Source of the DNA: the human T2T-CHM13v2.0 reference genome, Homo sapiens
Strand: one strand, 5' to 3'
Assembly: GCF_009914755.1 (NCBI RefSeq)
Contig: NC_060938.1
DNA: 64,000 nt
Shown in pieces: positions 58,290 to 64,000 of this stretch; position 1 is the first letter of the stretch; each line of letters starts with the position of its first letter. Position numbers and translations under genes: made by a program. The notes beneath the pieces were generated by a model, which saw only the letters and a list, made by a program, of their open reading frames with translations, was not told where the DNA came from and did not search any database.

Positions 58290-58990
58290 CAAACTATGAA
58301 ATATTTAAAATGGCTCATTCTGAGATATATATGAGTTACCAAGGCCCATGACACGACCCCAGGAATTCCTGAGAACACATGTCCAAAATGGCTTGATTAC
58401 AGCTTGATTTTATATACTTTAGTGGGTCAGAAGTTACAGGCAGATATTAATCAACACATGTGAGCTATACCATTTATGCAGTCTAGAAAGGCAGGAAAGT
58501 TTATGCACAGGGTTCCAGGACATAGGAGAATTCAAAGATTTTCTGATTGGCAATTGGTTGAAATGTAAGGTAATACAATCATTACAACTGAGTGTCTGGA
58601 TTAAGATAAGGGGTCCTGGAGATCATAGTTCTTATTATGTAGATGAAGCCTCCAGGTAGCAGATTTCATACAGAATAAATCATTAGGTTTTGCTATTTGT
58701 CATGTGATGCTATACTAGAATCAAGTTGTAATTTGATGTCTTTTTGCTATAGAAAGTGTTTACAGCAAAAATATAGTTTTGCCCGTCTTAAGATCTTTGT
58801 TGTAGTACTAATGCTGGCCACTGGTGCCTTAATTCCAAAGAGAGGAGCATGTAATGAGGCATGTCTGACCTCTCACTTTCCCATCATTGCTGGAACAAGT
58901 TTTAGAATTTACTTTGAAATTCCCTTGGCTGAGGGTTGAGTTCATTTAGTTGCTTGAGGAAGCTTAGAATTTTATTTTTCATTTACAATA
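58290..58990. mobile_element. MER4-group LTR
   Basis: cccatgacacgaccccaggaattcctgagaacacatgtccaa...tacagcttgattttatatacttta. Confidence 0.65.
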
Positions 58991-59594
58991 GAAATTATTG
59001 GAAAAATGATAAATAAAATAAGGTCTGGTATTGAATATATTTACACTTATCAATGTAAATGTGTTAACACCATGTCTTATGATGATAGAGGATATTCATC
59101 TTAGGAGATACTTGGAGATGGGAACACACTGTATTAACTTTATAATTTTTTTATCTATAATTATTCTGAATCAAAAGTATATAAATGTAAAAAGACTATC
59201 ATAAAAATACAAGTCACAACTGATAAAATAAGTTTCTGAAAATTATACAATTTCAATTACATTTATGAACATGTATTCTGGAAGAAAATATTGAAATTAC
59301 CATCAAAAAATGACCAATGTTTATTTGTATAAAAAACATTTGAAGCACCAAATACTAAAATCAAGCAAAGAGAGTGCTATTTATATAGTTATTTTATTTT
59401 CTATAATATGATTTAAAAAGTGTTATTATAGGCATTTTATAAACCAGTAGTGAGCATAATTATGTTAATTTTTTCTCAATTTTGTGTCAATATCTTCTTA
59501 ATTTCATATAGACATTTGTTACTGCATGTGTCATTTCCAAAATATTCAGCTATTATTTTTCATATTAATATGACTCCTTTGTTGGCCCTAGGCA

Positions 59595-60393
59595 TTGCAT
59601 TTTAATATGGACATTTATCAGTTCCCAAAATTAATACTTTTATAATTTCTTACACCTGTCTTTACTGGAATCTCTAAACATAAATTGTGAAGATTTCATT
59701 TTAATATGGACATTTATCAGTTCCCAAAATCAATACTTTCATAATTTCTTTAATCTCATAATCCTGTTATCTTTGTAAGCTGAGGATGTAAGTCACCTCA
59801 GGACCCTGTGATGATTGCATTAACTGTACAAATTGATTGTAAAACATGTGTGTTTGAACAATATGAAATCTGATTGTAAAACATGTGTGTTTGAACAATA
59901 TGAAATCAGTGCACCTTGAAAAAGAACAGAACAACAGCGATTTTAGGAAACAAGGGAAGATAACCATAAGGTCTGACTGCCTGTGGGGTCGGGCAGAATA
60001 GAGCCATATTTTTCTTCTTGCAGAGAGCTTATAAACTGATGTGCAAGTAGGGAAGATATCACTAAATTCTTTCCCAGCAAGGAATATTAGTAATTAATAC
60101 CCTGGGGAAGGAATATGTGATCTTTGCCCTGCTTTTTGCCCCTTAAAGCATGTGATCTTTGTGACCTACTCCCTGTTCGTACACCCCCTCTCCTTTTAAA
60201 ATCCCTAATAAAAACTTGCTGGTGTTGCGGCTCAGGGGGCATCACGGACCTATCAATATGTGATGTCACCCCCGGTGGCCCACCTGTAACATTCCTTTCT
60301 TTGTACTCTTTCTCTTTATTTCTCAGACCAGCCGACACTTACAGAAAATAGAAAGACCCTACATTGAAATATTGGGGGTGGGTTCCCCCGATA
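59595..60393 (+). mobile_element. MER11 (HERV-K11) LTR, 5' truncated
   Basis: ttaatatggacatttatcagttcccaaaattaatac...cctcaggaccctgtgatgattgc...gggggtgggttcccccgata. Confidence 0.85.
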
Positions 60394-61262
60394 AATCACC
60401 TGAGGTCAGGAAGTCGAGACCAGCCTGTCCAACATGGTGAAACCCCATCTCTACAAAAGATACAAAAAAAGAAAATACAAAAATGAACACATATCCAAAT
60501 ATCAAACCAAAACATGAATTTATTTAATGTTATTTTAATTATATAATTGAATCGAATGTACTATTTTATAGTATAATGTAATATTCCAAAATGTTGTTGC
60601 TCTGTGTGATTGTTTCACTATCCTAATGCCAATTAACAAACATATTTAAAGGCAAGGTTTGGTAGAAATGAAAATAAATGCCATTCTTGCCAAATTAATT
60701 AATGTACAATGGTATTTATGTATAATCGCTGTGTTGGTTTGTTTGTCATTTATGCTGTTAGTATACTTTAAAATACCAATTATTAATACATCTAATAACA
60801 AGATAAACATCACTTTAAACACATTTTATTACATTATTGGTTAAATTAACATTGTGTTTTTATAAAGTCAGGATAAAATGTTCTTATTTAGAAATTAGGA
60901 TTGTTTTCTACCATTGATTTTCCACAAATTTTCAATACAAATTCTAGATGTTTATTTGCCAACACGCCTGGATGCTAGAGAACATCCAGCAATATGGACC
61001 TGAAATCAGCCCAGGATCCCCAGAATGCACTCACAATGGCAGCTTGCTAGAGGGTTGTCTGAGAATTGCAAACACATTAGGGATTTGAACTTCATCATCA
61101 AAGCACTGGTGAGCCTCAGCGCTGAGCACACAGAGAGCAGCAGGAGCTGCAGAGCCCACTCTGTGGTACTTAGGAAAAGGACTGGATGTTGTGGGGTGAT
61201 GTCTGCAGGACCCTAGAAAAGGGTGACGATGTCAGAGAGTCTGCGGATAGATGAACATATGC

Positions 61263-61551
61263 TTTTTTTTTTGAGATGGAGTTTCTCTCTGTCGCCCAGG
61301 CTGGAGTTAAGTGGCATTATCTCAGCTCACTGCAGCCTCTCACCCTGGGTTCAAGTGATTCTCCTGCCTCAGCCTCCCGAGTAGCTGGGATTACAGGTGC
61401 CCGACACCATGCCTGGCTAATTTTTCTATTTTTAGTAGAGACAGGGTTTTGCCATGTTGGCCACGCTGATCTCAAACTCGACCTCAGATGATCCACCCGT
61501 CTTGGCCTCCCAAAGTGCTGGGATTACAGGAGTGAGCCACTGCACCTGACC
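61263..61551 (-). mobile_element. AluS element
   Basis: Reverse Alu; TSD atga(a/g)catat. Confidence 0.93.
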
Positions 61552-62189
61552 TACATGAGCATATTGTAAGGTGAACTGTTATCCTTCTAAACATGGTTGG
61601 GTTCAATGATCATGAAGAGAAGTGAACAGATTCACCAGACGTGGAGGAGACAAAATAAATAGATTTGTTGCTTCTTTGCCAGGAGACTGAGGAAGACAAA
61701 AGGATTTGACAGAAGGGAAGGTGGAGAAACAGTGTGAAGAGCAGAAGACCAGAACCCAACCAAAGTGGAGGAACTGACCCGTGAAAGTGGTGTTTCATCT
61801 CCACAAATGGCAGACAAAATGAAAGGAAACTTAACACCGTGACATTGTTGAGTTATTATTAGAAAAGCATTGACTGTAGTGTGACTGGCACAGCACAAGA
61901 AACAAAAACCCATGCGTGGAACCAGAGTTTGAATTAGGCATACACAATTTCTTATTATCAAAACACATTGAATTACTATTGCTATTATTATTCTAAAAAT
62001 ATGCAAGGTTAAAAGTTGAATTGAATTCCTATCCTAAGTTAATGATTTGTATGTGAAAGAAACCATGGGTTACAAGGAAGAAATAGTGAGAGATCGTGGG
62101 AAGACTTTTGCTTGACCAGCTCAGGAATCAGCTAGGTCTAAAAGCAAACGTCACCTTCCCCAGGCACCTGATGTGGAGCTGCCTCCTAA

Positions 62190-62630
62190 GAAAACCGTGG
62201 TGTCCTGAGTGATTGATTCCCTCGTGGTTACTGAAAGCCCCATGGTGGCCCCGAGCACTCCCTGTTGGCCCTGAACCCCTGGTGTCCTCAATGTTCTTCA
62301 GTGGCCATGAGTGTCTCCTGGTTGTCTTGTGGGCCTTTAGGTGGTCCTGTTACACCTGGTGGTTTCTGAGAATCTCTTGTTGGTCCTGAGTGTTTCCTGG
62401 TGGTCTGGAATGCACCCTTGTCATTCTGTGGCCCCTGCTTGTGCTGAGCGCCCCCTGGTGTCCTGAGCGCCCCCTGATGTCCTAAGTGTCTCCTGGTGTC
62501 CTGAGTGCCCCCTGCTGGTCTTGAGCACCCCTAGTGTTTTGAGCACCCTGCGGCATCCTGAGCACCTTCTGCTATCCTGAGTGTCTCCTAGTGGTTCTGA
62601 GTGTCCCCTAGTGGTTCTGAGCACCATTTA
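62190..62630 (-). repeat. Degenerate paralog of the CTCF-motif minisatellite
   Basis: Units such as ctgagcgccccctggtgtc and gtgccccctgctgg. Confidence 0.85.
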
Positions 62631-62662
62631 CCACAAAGTCCCCTCTTGTCTTCCTGCAGGGA

Positions 62663-62960
62663 AGTTTGCGTCTAGACTCACCCATATGTCCCTCACTGTG
62701 TCTCTCACAGTAATACACTGCCTACTCCTCAGCTTTCCAGTAGATAATTTTAAGGGAGATTGTGATGTTAAGTGTTGTCCCCAGGAACTGTGAATCTTCT
62801 TTGTGCTGGAGCAGAGCACCACTGAGAACTTCCACTTGGGTCACTCATGGCTACCACCCACTCCAGCCCCTCTCCTCCAGCCATCAGGGCCCAATAAATG
62901 CTGCAGTCAGTGAAGGTGAATCTTGATGCTTTGCAGAAGAAGCTAAGAGAATAGCCAGGC
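62663..62960 (-). pseudogene. IGHVIII-5-2: Clan III V pseudogene, by position IGHV(III)-5-2, with RSS (CACAGTG 62694-62700, 22-nt spacer)
   Basis: CKASRFTFTDC..., GLEWVVA, AVYYCER; frameshifted and 5' truncated. Confidence 0.85.
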
Positions 62961-63609
62961 TATTTTGCCAAAGACAAAAATATAGATCCAGTAAACCTTT
63001 GTGGTTTTCCAGGAATCTGGGGAAAAGGTGTGTGGATTAGGTGAAACACACACTTTTTAATCACAATGAAACTATTTTCATGGTGTTCAATGATAAACAC
63101 ATGGCATAAATAATTTGTGAAAACTCATAATTTTTTGAGACAAAGTGTTAACCTAAATGCATACAACTTCAAAAGTATTTAGCTGGTCATGAAACACAGA
63201 ATAAAATGAAAGCTGTATAAAAATATCTAACAATGATAAACAGGTTTGTACTAATTTCACTGCAGAAAGGGGGGCATGAATATCAGAAACAAGTATCTTT
63301 GGAAATAATTTGATGTTGTGATTGTAAAATATAAATAAGCTGCATATAAGCACGGTATTCTAGTCGATAAACATATTTTCAACAAGGGTCAGTTTAATAA
63401 TTCTAACACAATTTGTGTATTTTGAAATTGTGCACTAAGTAAATTAATGTCATATGATAGGAAAGGTTTCCTCATTTTTCAATGTCAGATTATGGACAGG
63501 CAAAGAAAGAAGGCTACGGATGTCTATGTGGATCTTGGTAGTGTGAAGAAACCAGTATCTTCTTAGGTTTAATGTAATATAGATACAGAAGATGAGATAC
63601 ATAAATACT

Positions 63610-64000
63610 TTAATTTTGAATTTTTGTGGGTAAATGGTATATGTGTATATTTATGGGGTACCTGACTTTGATATAGCATGAACTGCATAATACTCACATT
63701 ATGATGAATGGTTCCTACATCCTTTCAAGTATTAATTCTTTGAGTTACCAACATTCCATTTATACACTTTTAGTTATTTTACAATCTATAATTATGTTAT
63801 TAAGGATTATACTTAGTCTGTTGTGTTATCAAATACTATGTATTATTTGTTATTTCTAACCACTTTTTTCATCCATTGAGCATCCCCAATAATCCCCATC
63901 TACCATAGACCTTCCCAGCCTCTGGTGACCATCCTTTCACTCTCTATCTCCACGAGTTCAGTTGTCTTAATTTTTAACTTCCACAAATATATGAGAATAT
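63610..64000 (-). mobile_element. L1 3' end (L1MA-like)
   Basis: ttcccagcctctggtgaccatcctttcactctctatctcca. Confidence 0.8.

Overview
Human genomic DNA from the D-proximal part of the immunoglobulin heavy-chain variable locus (IGH, 14q32.33), unrearranged, with all V genes on the minus strand. There are five intact V genes, each with an octamer promoter, a 46-nt leader exon, a V exon and a 23-RSS. By recalled protein sequence they are IGHV1-2 (*04-like), IGHV1-3 (*01-like), IGHV4-4 (*02-like), IGHV7-4-1 (*01-like, insertion haplotype) and IGHV2-5 (*02-like). There are also three clan III pseudogenes (IGHV(III)-2-1, -5-1 and -5-2 by position), a clan II pseudogene inside the IGHV7-4-1 block, and many Alu/L1/LTR/DNA repeats. 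Main observations: (1) a ~2.1 kb nested minisatellite just downstream of the IGHV(III)-2-1 RSS is built from co-oriented CTCF consensus motifs, with a decayed paralogous array at IGHV(III)-5-2; (2) heavily degraded cryptic V-gene relics lie 0.7-1.1 kb upstream of each IGHV1/7 gene and carry CTCF-like sites; (3) ~860-bp direct repeats 9.56 kb apart bracket IGHV7-4-1, with template-switch scars nearby; (4) an orphan RSS, orphan octamers and a young AluYa5. Gene, allele and repeat names are from memory, not database searches, and repeat boundaries are approximate.
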